A stretch of DNA of 64,000 bases, taken from NCBI GenBank assembly GCA_963755715.1, contig CAVWLW010000043.1, positions 96,001-160,000 on the forward strand, read 5' to 3'. This stretch comes from an uncultured delta proteobacterium. Its GTDB lineage: Bacteria; Desulfobacterota; Binatia; UBA9968. Made by a program: the position numbers and the translations under genes. A model generated the notes under the pieces. The model was not told where the DNA came from and ran no database searches. It saw nothing but the letters and a program-made list of their open reading frames with translations. The stretch's first letter is position 1, and every line of letters starts with the position of its first letter. Positions 52,738-62,191 of the stretch are shown here, piece by piece.

Positions 52738-53742
52738 TTATTTCTTTTTGTACAGCGCGTCGATAAAACCGCTCTGGTCCAGCTCGCGGATGAAGCTCAT
52801 ATCGACAAACTGCTCGGGCTTGGCTGTCTTCGCTCTAGGATCGCGCTCGGCGATGTCCTCTAGCACCGTCTTAAGTCCCTCGAGACTCGGATATTGCTTC
52901 TTCGGATAGAACGCTTCGGTCATCACGTTCTCGTAGCTTCTTTCCAGAGTCTCGCGATCGAGCCCGCTTCCCATGTATCGGCTCAGAGCTTTTATGGTGG
53001 CCTCTTTATCGGTCCACATTTTGTGAACCGCTTCCACGTGCGAGCGCACATAGCGCCGCACCGTGTCGGGGTGTTCCTTAATATATTTGCGAGTCGTCGC
53101 CGCGCCGGTGTGCTGAAACACCAAGCCCATCTGGGCGACGTCGGCGATGATCGCTAGTCCCTTTTTCTCCGCGATGAAGCTCGACGGTGGATTGATGACT
53201 GAAGCGGATACTCGGCCAGTCAGCGCAGCGCTTAAGCGCTCTGGACCGCTTCCTACTTGAACGAGAGTGACGTCTTTTCCAGGATTGAGGCCGATCTTTC
53301 TCAGGGCAAAACGTGCAATGGTATCCGTTGCCGAACCAAAACGGCTGATCGCCACCGTCCCGCCTTTGAGCTGCTCCGCGCTCTTGATTCCCGGCTTTCC
53401 CATCAGCACATAATTCAACGAGACTATTCCCCCCGCGACAAATACCGCGTCTGAGCCCGCGAAGGCGCTGTTCACTAAGCCCGGCCCGGAAACTTGGGTG
53501 ATCGGCACGTCCCCCGATACCAGCGCGAGAATGGCGGTGGTGCCGCCGGTGAAAAATATCAATTGGATATCCAGATTGTTCTTAGCAAAGATGCCGGTTT
53601 CTTTGGCGACCCAGGCCGGCAATTGATCGGCGCTGGCGGCGCTGTAGCCGACATTGAGGCGGGCAGCTTGAGCGCGGGCAAAAGAACTAAACGCCAGGTG
53701 AAACGCCAACGCTCCGATCGTTACATAAAGTATCTTTTTCAT
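52738..53742 (-). CDS. ABC substrate-binding protein, NMT1/THI5-SsuA-like
   Basis: Signal peptide ending ARA; WVAKETGIFAKNNL, LKGGTVAISRFGS, FVDMSFIREL. Confidence 0.85.
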   Translation of the reverse strand: MKKILYVTIGALAFHLAFSSFARAQAARLNVGYSAASADQLPAWVAKETGIFAKNNLDIQLIFFTGGTTAILALVSGDVPITQVSGPGLVNSAFAGSDAVFVAGGIVSLNYVLMGKPGIKSAEQLKGGTVAISRFGSATDTIARFALRKIGLNPGKDVTLVQVGSGPERLSAALTGRVSASVINPPSSFIAEKKGLAIIADVAQMGLVFQHTGAATTRKYIKEHPDTVRRYVRSHVEAVHKMWTDKEATIKALSRYMGSGLDRETLERSYENVMTEAFYPKKQYPSLEGLKTVLEDIAERDPRAKTAKPEQFVDMSFIRELDQSGFIDALYKKK

Positions 53743-53807
53743 TTTTATCGGCGCGCTCCTCGAATTTTTTTCTGGCGGAATTCTACAGGACGAAAGATGT
53801 AGAAACA

Positions 53808-53839
53808 AGAAAGCCCGGATCAAAAGACCCGGGCTTTCT
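53808..53839 (-). terminator. Rho-independent terminator after the cytochrome c gene
   Basis: AGAAAGCCCGG...CCGGGCTTTCT stem with a T-rich tail on the minus strand. Confidence 0.75.
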
Positions 53840-53880
53840 CTCGCGTCAAACTCAACTGCGCGACGAATTGCCGCGTCGAC

Positions 53881-54333
53881 TTATTCTGCGTACTTTTCGG
53901 CTCGAAATTGCTTGTGACAGGAATTGCAGGCCTCGCCCAGCGCTTTTACTTTCACGTCCACATCGTCGGCATTGCCGGCCTTTGCCGCGCTTGCCAACTC
54001 ACTAGCAGCCTTGTTCAAGTTTTTCGCCGCCTTGGAAAACTCATCGGGTTTTTCCCAAATTTCAGGTTTTGCTTTGGTTTTTCCGGTGGTGCTTCCCTTG
54101 GGGAATAGGCTCACTATTTTATCGGCCGTGCCCATGATGTCCTTGGCCTTGGCTTCTACGGTGGCGTAATCCTTGGTTTCGACTGCGCCTTTGATCGCTT
54201 TAGCCGCCGCGCTATTGCCTTTCATGGCGTCTTGCCTTTTCTGAATAACATCGGCTTGCGCAAAAACCTGCGTCGAAACGGCTAAAGCCAAAATACCAAA
54301 AAATGCTCCCGTTAGTAATTTTCGAACCATCAC
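53881..54333 (-). CDS. Class II cytochrome c (c'/c556)
   Basis: Signal peptide; RQDAMK, AKPEIW, C-terminal CNSCHKQFR. Confidence 0.92.
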   Translation of the reverse strand: MMVRKLLTGAFFGILALAVSTQVFAQADVIQKRQDAMKGNSAAAKAIKGAVETKDYATVEAKAKDIMGTADKIVSLFPKGSTTGKTKAKPEIWEKPDEFSKAAKNLNKAASELASAAKAGNADDVDVKVKALGEACNSCHKQFRAEKYAE

Positions 54334-54364
54334 TACTGTTCTCCTTTCAGGTTAAGAACAATAA

Positions 54365-54910
54365 TCACTTGCCGCTGTTTACCTTTTTTACTTCGCTCAA
54401 TAATTCTTCAGTCGACAACAGATCTTTTTCGGTATTGCCCGGCCGAATATTCAAGTAACGAATCACCCCCTCTTTATCGACAATAATGTAGGACCGTTTC
54501 GCGACTCGTCGCGGTTCGTCATAAACGCCGTAGGTCTGCATCACCTTGCCATCTCTGTCGCTCAGGAGCGCGTAGTTGATCTTGGCAAAATCGGCGAAAG
54601 CTTTTTGCGAAAATGGCGCGTTCGCGCTGATGCCGACAACTTCCGTATTCTCCGCTTGGAACGCCGGGTAATTGTCCGAACCGGACGCTTGCAAGTCTTT
54701 GATTCAAGTCGGGCTAAAGTCGAGTACGTAGAAATTGATGAGAACATTTTTACCCTTGAGACTGCTCAGCTTCAGCTTGCCTCCTTTCGAGCTGTCCAGC
54801 TCGAAGTCCGGCGCTTTGTCGCCGACTTGGAGCGCTTGGGCCAGACCCGATGTCAAAATGAGCGAAGCTGCAACTAGCAGGACCGGAAGGATTTTTTTAC
54901 GTGTTTTCAT
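54365..54910 (-). CDS. Exported selenocysteine-containing peroxiredoxin (AhpC/TSA, AhpE/BCP-like), 181 aa
   Basis: Track ORFs 54704-54910 and 54365-54694 are in one frame: LQVGDKAPDF...FYVLDFSPT-TGA-IKDL...VVGIS...LLSD...KRSYIIVDKEG; TGA (54704-54706) is at the peroxidatic position; no Cys anywhere; leader ending AQA. Confidence 0.88.
54674..54686 (-). promoter_or_regulatory. Bacterial SECIS-like element of the Sec-peroxiredoxin
   Basis: GTCCG-GTT-CGGAC hairpin with a G-led loop at nt 22-23 after the UGA. Confidence 0.6.
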
Positions 54911-54990
54911 AATCCTCTTTCTGGTTAGACGAACATCGGCAGAAAATCTTCTAAGCGTGATGCTTTATCTCTTAGAAGTTTTGCACTGTC

Positions 54991-55033
54991 AATCCCCCCA
55001 TTGGGAATTCTGAACTTCCCCCAAATGGGGATT
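54991..55033. promoter_or_regulatory. Two candidate NarL/LuxR-type binding palindromes upstream of the Sec-Prx gene
   Basis: AATCCCCCCATTGGGAATT (54991-55009) and TTCCCCCAAATGGGGATT (55016-55033); the first abuts a minus-strand TTGACA at 54987-54992. Confidence 0.55.
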
Positions 55034-55691
55034 AATCGAGTCCCTCACGGACTGCGAGGACGGCGGCCTCGGTGCGGTTTTTGACATCGAGCTTGCGGAA
55101 CAGCGACTTGAGATGGCCTTTGATGGTCTCGCGGGCAAGGCAGGTAATCTCGCTAATTTCCTCATTACTTAGTCCCTCGGACATCAAACGAAGGATTTTA
55201 AGCTCTAGATCGGTCAGGCCAAACCGTTCGGTGAACTGAGTGATGCGCGCGTGGCTTGGAGCCGGCAGATGGCCTGAGGTTTGCTCCAAGGCGAGGTGTG
55301 CCAAATAAGGCGAAGCGGGAATTTTTCCGGCGTGAGTTTGTCGAATGATCTTGATGAAATCCGCGCGGTCTGTGTCCTTCAAAATATAACCGATCGCACC
55401 GGCGCGAATCGCCGCGTTGATTTTTTCGTCCTCGTGGTGCACCGAGAGCATAAGAATTTTCGTCCGCGGCGAAACCGCCGCGATCAGCCGCGCCGCTTTG
55501 ATCCCATCCATTTTCGGCATGTCAACGTCCAGCAACGCCAGATCCGGCGTGGTCGCGCGCGCTCCCGTGACCGCCTCTTGGCCGTTGGCCGCGTCGGCGA
55601 CGACGCGGAGATCGGTGCCGGTCTCGAGCAGTATTTTTAAGCTCTGGCGGAACAGTCGTTCGTCGTCGGCGATCAGAAGTTTGATCGGCAT
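55032..55691 (-). CDS. NarL/LuxR-family response regulator
   Basis: LIADD, LLDVDMPKMDG, GYILK receiver; LTDLE...GLSNEEI...KLDVKNRTEA HTH. Confidence 0.93.
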   Translation of the reverse strand: MPIKLLIADDERLFRQSLKILLETGTDLRVVADAANGQEAVTGARATTPDLALLDVDMPKMDGIKAARLIAAVSPRTKILMLSVHHEDEKINAAIRAGAIGYILKDTDRADFIKIIRQTHAGKIPASPYLAHLALEQTSGHLPAPSHARITQFTERFGLTDLELKILRLMSEGLSNEEISEITCLARETIKGHLKSLFRKLDVKNRTEAAVLAVREGLD

Positions 55692-55767
55692 AAATCTATT
55701 GCCTCGCGACTGGTGCTTTTGTAGTTCGTCGATTTTTACCCCGAAGATTGATGGGGCGCAATAGCGG

Positions 55768-58202
55768 CTAGCGCGGATTTAACCGCAAGCTTCGCTTCGG
55801 AGAGCTCCAGTTTTCAGCGGTCGGGTTAAAGGAGATTGTCTTGCCGCGCAACCAAAGCTCGGTTTGATCGCGATAGTGCGCGGAAGTTGCGTGGCCCGAC
55901 TGGCCTGAAGGGAGAACGAATTCGGAGCGCATCGATGGACCCGTTTCCACGGCGAAGCGCAAGGATGCGCCGACGGTTTGTGCGTAGGGATTGGAGTGGC
56001 GGTAGAAGCCGACATTGACCGTCATCCCGTCGCCCGGAGTTGGCATAGGTCCGATACCGAGCACAGATTTGAGCGCGTCAACCCGACCGAGAGCATGACC
56101 CAGGTACAATTGATGTACTTTGCCCCAACACCACTGTTCCATATTCGCGCCGAATTTCTCTTCGAGCTCATCACAAGCGCCGCTAAGCGCGAGGTGCACC
56201 AGCTCGAATCGTGATCGGCGCGAAAACCAAGTCGATTTTGCCTCGGCAAAAATGCGATCGGTGGGCACGATACTTTGATTCAAAATCTCCACGTACGCCG
56301 GGTAAACCTCTTCTCCCAATACCGGAATTAAAAGATGCCGGAGCAGCTGCTGATGCATTAAATGAAAAATCGCTGCTTCGATGCTCGATACGGCACAAGC
56401 GCCGTCCCACGCGAGGAGGCGATTGGCTGCGGCTTTGACGGATACGGTTATCGTCGGCAATGCGCACGAGGTCGGTTTTGAGCGCGCCGATCAGATCGCG
56501 CGCGTGCAGTGAAACGTGATCGAGTTGCAGCGCTGCCAAGCCGCCGAGGGAGTACTTTTCGCGTTGGCCCAACAATTGTTCGATGCGGCGAATCCGATAC
56601 GGCGGGTCGAAGAAATGAGATAGATAGTAAGGATAAGCGGCGTCAGCGATCCGGTTATTGGCGCTGGCGACAACGCCTTCGGGTGGATTGTAAACATGCG
56701 GCAACTCGTCGAATGGAATATATCCAAGCCAATCGTTGCGCTCATCCCAACCGGCCACCGGCAGCAAGGACGGCACACTGGCGCGCCGCGGGATTTTTCC
56801 GGCGAGAGTATAACCGATGTTTCCTTCATGGTCGGCATAGACGAAGTTCAAGCTCGGCGCCGCGTGCAAGCGCAGGCTGTCCTGAAACTGCTTCCAGTCG
56901 CGCGCGCAATTGAGGTTATAAAGACTGTTCAGCTCCCGGCTCGGCTCGTGCGCCGTCCAGCGCGCCGTTAGGATTTCTTTGCCGTCGCTGGTCGCGCGGA
57001 AATCGCTGATGGCCGGACCGTGCCGGCTCGCGCGGACAATTTTTTCCAGCGGCTTGGCGCCCCTGACGGCGATCAGTTCTTTACGCGATTCGAGTTTCTG
57101 CCAACGATGACCGACCCGATAGAGATCCGGGTCGAGCCGATGCAATTTCTCGCGGTAAATTTCCACGTCGTCGCATAGCGCCGCGGTGATGCCCCAAGCA
57201 ATGAAACGGTTGTGACCGATTTGAACACAGGGCACGCCGGGAATCGACGCGCCCCAAACTTCATAGCCATCCAGGCCCGGCCGGACCGTTGTCAGCCCGT
57301 AAGTGCATTAGATACCAGACCGACGGCAACGACATTCTCAGATGGGGATCATTGCATAGGATGGCTTGGCCGGTGGTCGAGCGCTGCGGGGCGATGGCCC
57401 AACTGTTGCTGCCGCTGCCCGCCGGATGCCATTCGCTTGCCGCAAGAACGCCGCTCGAGAACTGCCACAATCCACGGGCGCTATCCCAACTGGAACGAGC
57501 GGTCGTGATCGCGTGATCAGGATAGGCAGGGAAGAGGTCGCGCAGCTTTTCCGGCTCGTCCACTAATTTTGCCGCGATGGCGATAAAATTGAGCCGGGTG
57601 TAGAGCGCCGTGGAAAGAAGAAAAGCGAAACCTTTGCCGATCATCAGCGTGTCCGCCGGTTGCCAAGGTTCCGGCTCCTGGCGCAGCACGCGAAACTCCC
57701 ACGGCAGCTTGCGCCCGCACCGTTCGATATAACGATTGACGCCGTCGCAATACGCGCGCAAACGCCCTCCGTCTTCGTCGGATAAGAGCGTCAGGGAATT
57801 GACTGCGGCGGCGCGAATGCCGAGCAGCCTGACGAAGTAGTCAAGATCGACGCAACTGCGGTCGCGAAATTGGCTCGACAGTTCGCGCCACGGCAGCGAG
57901 AAGTCGCCGAAAATCTGCGCCATTCGACCGCTCAAAAAGCGCCGGTTCATTTCCATTTGCCAGAGCCGTTCCTGAGCGTGCAGATAGCCTTGAGCAAAAA
58001 ATAGATCTCTCTCGTCCGTTGCCGAGACATGCGGAATAGCGTGCCGATCCCAACGTACGACGACCGGTTTGGCGAGGCCGGGAAGGATGATTTCGCCGTG
58101 ATGGATCGGCGCGGCACGCTTGTCGAGGAAGCCGATGAAAGGACGAAGGAACGCCGAAAAGACGGTTGCAGTAAAACCGCTCTTCGGCAGATCCATCGAC
58201 AC
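55768..58202 (-). CDS. Penicillin acylase family (peptidase S45) Ntn hydrolase, frameshifts near 57270 and 56445
   Basis: WDRHAIPHV, QGYLHAQERLWQM, GSGSNSW nucleophile site, NDPHL, PSGQSG...HYRDQ. Confidence 0.88.
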
Positions 58203-58232
58203 TAATGATCGGCAAAACTAGCGAGAGACATT

Positions 58233-58835
58233 CTACAGGATGGCTTTTACTGACGGCCGCGCTTTCATTCTTTCCAGGTACTTGCCAAGGCGAGGTAGCG
58301 ACGGATCGGGCAGCACGCCGAATCCTTCGAGCCGGGTGAAGCGCGGCAACAGGTCGGCGTCGACTAAAGAAAAGTCGCCCATGAGATACTGTTGAGCGCC
58401 GATTTCATTTTCCAGGCGTTGCAAAAGCTTTTTTAACTCGCTTTTGGCACCGTCGATCACCTGCTGATTCTGATCTTTTTGCTCCTTCATGAGCTCCATG
58501 CGGAGTTTCTGGTACGGTCCGTCAAAGTGGGTCATGCCGTAATCGATCAGGATCCGGGCTTTGGCTTTTTGGCCCGGCTCTTTCGGCATGAGCGGTGGAT
58601 TGGGATATTTCTCTTCGAGATATTCGTTGATGACGCACGATTCGTAGAGCACGGTGGCGTCATCGGTGAGCACCGGAACTTTGCCGTAGGGATTCATTTT
58701 GAGATAGTCGGGCGTTTTCTGTTCCTGCGCCCGCAAATCGATCGGAACAATTTCGTAGGGCAAATTCTTTTCCGCCAACACGACTTTGACCCTCTGACAG
58801 TTGGGTGAAGATTTGAAATCGTAGAGTTTGATCAT
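58233..58835 (-). CDS. Glutathione S-transferase family protein (SspA-like, S-P-N-C active-site loop)
   Basis: KLY..KSSPNCQRVKVVL, NPYGKVPVL, YESCVINEYL. Confidence 0.92.
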   Translation of the reverse strand: MIKLYDFKSSPNCQRVKVVLAEKNLPYEIVPIDLRAQEQKTPDYLKMNPYGKVPVLTDDATVLYESCVINEYLEEKYPNPPLMPKEPGQKAKARILIDYGMTHFDGPYQKLRMELMKEQKDQNQQVIDGAKSELKKLLQRLENEIGAQQYLMGDFSLVDADLLPRFTRLEGFGVLPDPSLPRLGKYLERMKARPSVKAIL

Positions 58836-58987
58836 GGCCGGGCTCCTTTCAGCAATAAATTTTCCTGCCGCAGTTATACTAAGATTTTGCCGAAAAGAAA
58901 ATCATCGACGCGAGCAAAATCTACCTTGATCTACATGGTTTTTGATGTTAAGCGAATAGCCACGAATGAAAAAATGGGTGCTCAAGC

Positions 58988-59509
58988 TTGAAACCGGATG
59001 AAGCGGCGCGACTGATCGTCGGCGGATTGAAAGGCGCGGGTATCAATCTCGTTGCGACGCTGCCGGATATCAATCTCGCCAGCTTGTTGAACGAGGTAGA
59101 AAACGACCGGGATATTCTCCACGTGCCGCTGTGTCGCGAGGAAGAAGGGATCGGCATTTGCGCCGGCGCCTATTTGGTCGGCAAGAAGTGCGCCGCGATT
59201 ATGCAGAACGGCGGATTTTTCAACAGCAACAACGCGATCGTCAGCACGCTGCTGCAATATCAAATCCCGCTATTGCTTTTGATCTATTACGCCGGTGATG
59301 TCGGCGATCGCACCTTCAGCACCACCGGCAGTCTTACCGAGCCGGTGTTGCAGGCTTTAGGGATCCGTTCCTACGTGATGCGCGATCCGCAAGATGCTCA
59401 GGAGCTGATCCAGCGCGCGCAGATCTTGACTGAGGATGCGAAGCGGCCCGTGGCGCTTTTGCTCACCAAGGAAGTTCTCGGCCGGCGCGCGCCGCTCAAA
59501 TCGCTTTGA
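58988..59509 (+). CDS. Sulfopyruvate/phosphonopyruvate decarboxylase alpha-subunit-like (ComD-like)
   Basis: TLPD, LCREEEGIGICAGAYL.GK...IMQNGG. Confidence 0.8.
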   Translation: MKPDEAARLIVGGLKGAGINLVATLPDINLASLLNEVENDRDILHVPLCREEEGIGICAGAYLVGKKCAAIMQNGGFFNSNNAIVSTLLQYQIPLLLLIYYAGDVGDRTFSTTGSLTEPVLQALGIRSYVMRDPQDAQELIQRAQILTEDAKRPVALLLTKEVLGRRAPLKSL

Positions 59510-59559
59510 AAAGAGGCTGTAAAGCTAATCTGCCGGCGGTTGGCGCCGATTAAAAATCG

Positions 59560-60165
59560 ATGAAGAGATTTGATTGTTTGCAAGCAGTGGCCGTATCCGC
59601 CGGCGAAGCTTTGGTTGTCAGCTCCGCGGGCGCCGTGACTTTGGAATGGAACGCGCTCAGGCCGTCCGATGGCAACTTTCGCGTCCGCACTCTCGGGCTT
59701 TGCTCCTCGATCGCGCTCGGCATGGCGCTTGGATTGCCGCATCGTAAAGTCATCGCCTTGGACGGTGACGGCTCCTTGTTGATGAATCTTTGTTCGCTGC
59801 CGACGATCGCCCGCATGAATCCAAAAAATCTAATTCATCTCGTGTTCGACAACGAAGTTTACGAAGCGTCCGGCAGCAAAAAAACCGCTACCGGTGCGGG
59901 CGCCGATCTGGTTGGGATGGCGCGCGCTGCCGGCATCAAGAATGCGCATTGGGCGAGTTCACCGCAAGAGTTCGAAGAGCTCATGCGCGCTGCGATGGCC
60001 GCCGATGGACTATGTTTCATCGGCGCGAAAACGAGCACTGAACGGGTCGAGGTGCCGCCCTATCCGATCGATGAAGTCGAGAACAAGTACCGGTTTTTAC
60101 GTCACGTCGAAAAAACCGAGGGAATCGAGATTTTAAGATCCAATCTGCCGGCCAGTTACAATTGA
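59560..60165 (+). CDS. ThDP-binding decarboxylase beta-subunit-like (ComE-like)
   Basis: LGMALG, DGDGSLLMNL...FDN ThDP motif. Confidence 0.82.
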   Translation: MKRFDCLQAVAVSAGEALVVSSAGAVTLEWNALRPSDGNFRVRTLGLCSSIALGMALGLPHRKVIALDGDGSLLMNLCSLPTIARMNPKNLIHLVFDNEVYEASGSKKTATGAGADLVGMARAAGIKNAHWASSPQEFEELMRAAMAADGLCFIGAKTSTERVEVPPYPIDEVENKYRFLRHVEKTEGIEILRSNLPASYN

Positions 60166-60195
60166 AATCAAACGCCGCAGGTCGCAGCGCCGATC

Positions 60196-61212
60196 ATGAA
60201 AATCGACATTGAATTCAATTCGGGGGCGCAGTTGCCCATGGACGCGATTCCCGATCTCGCGCGCGCGGCCGAAGCGCACGGCTTCGACTGCGCCTGGGGC
60301 GGGGAAGCGAATAACAAGGATCCGACGGTGATGTTGTCGGCCATTGCGGCCGTGACGACACGGCTCAAAGTCGGCTCGGCGATTTATCATATTCTCGGGC
60401 GCACGCCGGCGACCTTGGCGCTCCAGGCGATGGGGCTGGACGAACTCTCGGGAGGCCGATTTCTGCTCGGCATCGGCTCGTCCAATCCGACGATCGCCAA
60501 ATGGCATGGCCAGAGCTTCGATCGGCCGCTGTCGCGGATTCAAGAATATATTGAAATCACTCGAGCGGCGATGCGCGGCGAAAAGCTCAACTTCGAAGGA
60601 AAGTTTTTTACGGCGCAGAATTTCAAAATGGCTTTCAAGCCATCGGGGCGATCGATCCCGATTTACGTCGCGGCCTTTGGCCCGAAGATGACCCGTTTAG
60701 CGGGGCGTATTTCCGACGGCGTCTTAATCAACATGGCCAACCCGACGGAGATCAGCCGAATCGCTGCGGAGGTCAAAGCGGGCGCGCAAGAGGCCGGCAA
60801 GGATCCGGCGAAGATGGAAATCATCTGTAAGATCCGCTGCTCGATTGCGCCGAACTACGGTGTCGCGCGAGAGGCTTTGAGCCACGCGCTTACCTATTAC
60901 GCCTTGGCCGATTACTATCGTGATCTGCTCGGCCGGATGGGATTTGCCGAGGAGGTCGAGGCGATGCGCGTGGCATGGAAAACGGGCGGATTCCACGCGG
61001 CGCGCGCGCTGATCAGCGACCGAATGTTTAACTCGTTGCCGTTGGTTGCCGCGACATCTGCGCCGGAAGTGGTCGAACAGATCCGGCCTTATATCGAAGC
61101 GGGCGCAACGAGAATTATTTTGCCTTATGTCGCGGCATCGGATGATATCGTCGGCGAAATGAAAAGTTTTATCGATTACTGGAGTCCGGCGACGACTGGA
61201 TTGATGCAATGA
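60196..61212 (+). CDS. LLM-class flavin-dependent oxidoreductase
   Basis: AEAHGFD..W.GE, LDELSGGRFLLGIG, IYVAAFGPKM, SDGV. Confidence 0.9.
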   Translation: MKIDIEFNSGAQLPMDAIPDLARAAEAHGFDCAWGGEANNKDPTVMLSAIAAVTTRLKVGSAIYHILGRTPATLALQAMGLDELSGGRFLLGIGSSNPTIAKWHGQSFDRPLSRIQEYIEITRAAMRGEKLNFEGKFFTAQNFKMAFKPSGRSIPIYVAAFGPKMTRLAGRISDGVLINMANPTEISRIAAEVKAGAQEAGKDPAKMEIICKIRCSIAPNYGVAREALSHALTYYALADYYRDLLGRMGFAEEVEAMRVAWKTGGFHAARALISDRMFNSLPLVAATSAPEVVEQIRPYIEAGATRIILPYVAASDDIVGEMKSFIDYWSPATTGLMQ

Positions 61213-61224
61213 AAGTGAGGAAAG

Positions 61225-61626
61225 ATGTCGTTTGAACTCATCGACCCAAAAGGGCTGGAGCGGCCGGTCGGTTATGCGCATATCGCGAAAATTACCGGCG
61301 GAACGGTCGTTCATGTTGCTGGGCAGGCGCCCTTCGATGAGCGGGGACAGGTGGTCGGTAAAGGCGATTTTGTAGCTCAGTTCAGTCAGGTCATGAGCAA
61401 CTTAAAAACCGCCATTCAAGCGTTGGGGGGGCGGCCGAACCAGTACGCGGTCTTAACCATCTATATCACCAATCTAGAAGCCTACTGGGATAACAAAAAG
61501 CCGTTGGGAGCTGCTTATCGCCAAGTATTTGGCAAATATTTCCCGGCGATCACGCTAGTCGAAGTGAAAAGGTTGTATAACCCAGATTGTATGATCGAGA
61601 TTTCCGGTGTCGCCGTCATCGATTGA
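61225..61626 (+). CDS. RidA/YjgF family protein
   Basis: PVGY.H, VAGQ, FPAITLVEV..L......IEI. Confidence 0.88.
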   Translation: MSFELIDPKGLERPVGYAHIAKITGGTVVHVAGQAPFDERGQVVGKGDFVAQFSQVMSNLKTAIQALGGRPNQYAVLTIYITNLEAYWDNKKPLGAAYRQVFGKYFPAITLVEVKRLYNPDCMIEISGVAVID

Positions 61627-61767
61627 GACCACGACCGTCGATCCGAAGGAAATACCCTGCTCACTGCGCCATCTTTTGCGTCGAACTAGACAATCTTTGC
61701 ACAAATTACCGTCACCTTGCGATGTTCTGTATTGCGGATTCATTGTAATTCCAGCAAGTTAAACTGC

Positions 61768-61783
61768 TGGCATCTGATTTGCT
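61768..61783 (+). promoter_or_regulatory. Sigma-54 (-24/-12) promoter
   Basis: TGGCATCTGATTTGCT, a near-consensus TGGCA-N6-TTGCT, 45 bp before ATG 61829. Confidence 0.7.
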
Positions 61784-61828
61784 CTAAATTCGCACCATCA
61801 AACCAAAGGGTGGTTAAAGAAATCAAAC

Positions 61829-62038
61829 ATGATGCCTACGAACCCGATGTCAGCTTTGGATAACGAAAGAGATCAGGATCTCTTCGAAAGTGTCACCGAA
61901 GAAGAAATTATCTATCTATGGCGCTCGATTAAAGGACGCGGGCTTTCTGAAGATGAAGCCTGGCAAGCGGTTGTTACCGGCATTGCCCTTGATATGGCGT
62001 TTGCCAAAACCAGAACCTGCAAGCAGATCGAACATTAA
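61829..62038 (+). CDS. Small hypothetical protein (69 aa)
   Basis: Isolated ORF directly behind a sigma-54 promoter; acidic and helical-looking. Confidence 0.55.
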   Translation: MMPTNPMSALDNERDQDLFESVTEEEIIYLWRSIKGRGLSEDEAWQAVVTGIALDMAFAKTRTCKQIEH

Positions 62039-62191
62039 ACTTATCTTCTAGTCGCTAATCCCGTCGATTTTACCACCTCTCCATGCTCAACATAGCGCAG
62101 CGAAAAGTGCGCCTTGAGCCTGGCAGCTCCCGCATTCTACATTGACTCCCCGTGAAAAATTTGGTTCAATCCATTACTAATTGGGGGAGTT

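Noticed and set aside
57261-57263. TGA splitting the penicillin acylase as a possible Sec codon
   Set aside because: The continuation DGYEVWGASIPG is in another frame; this is a frameshift
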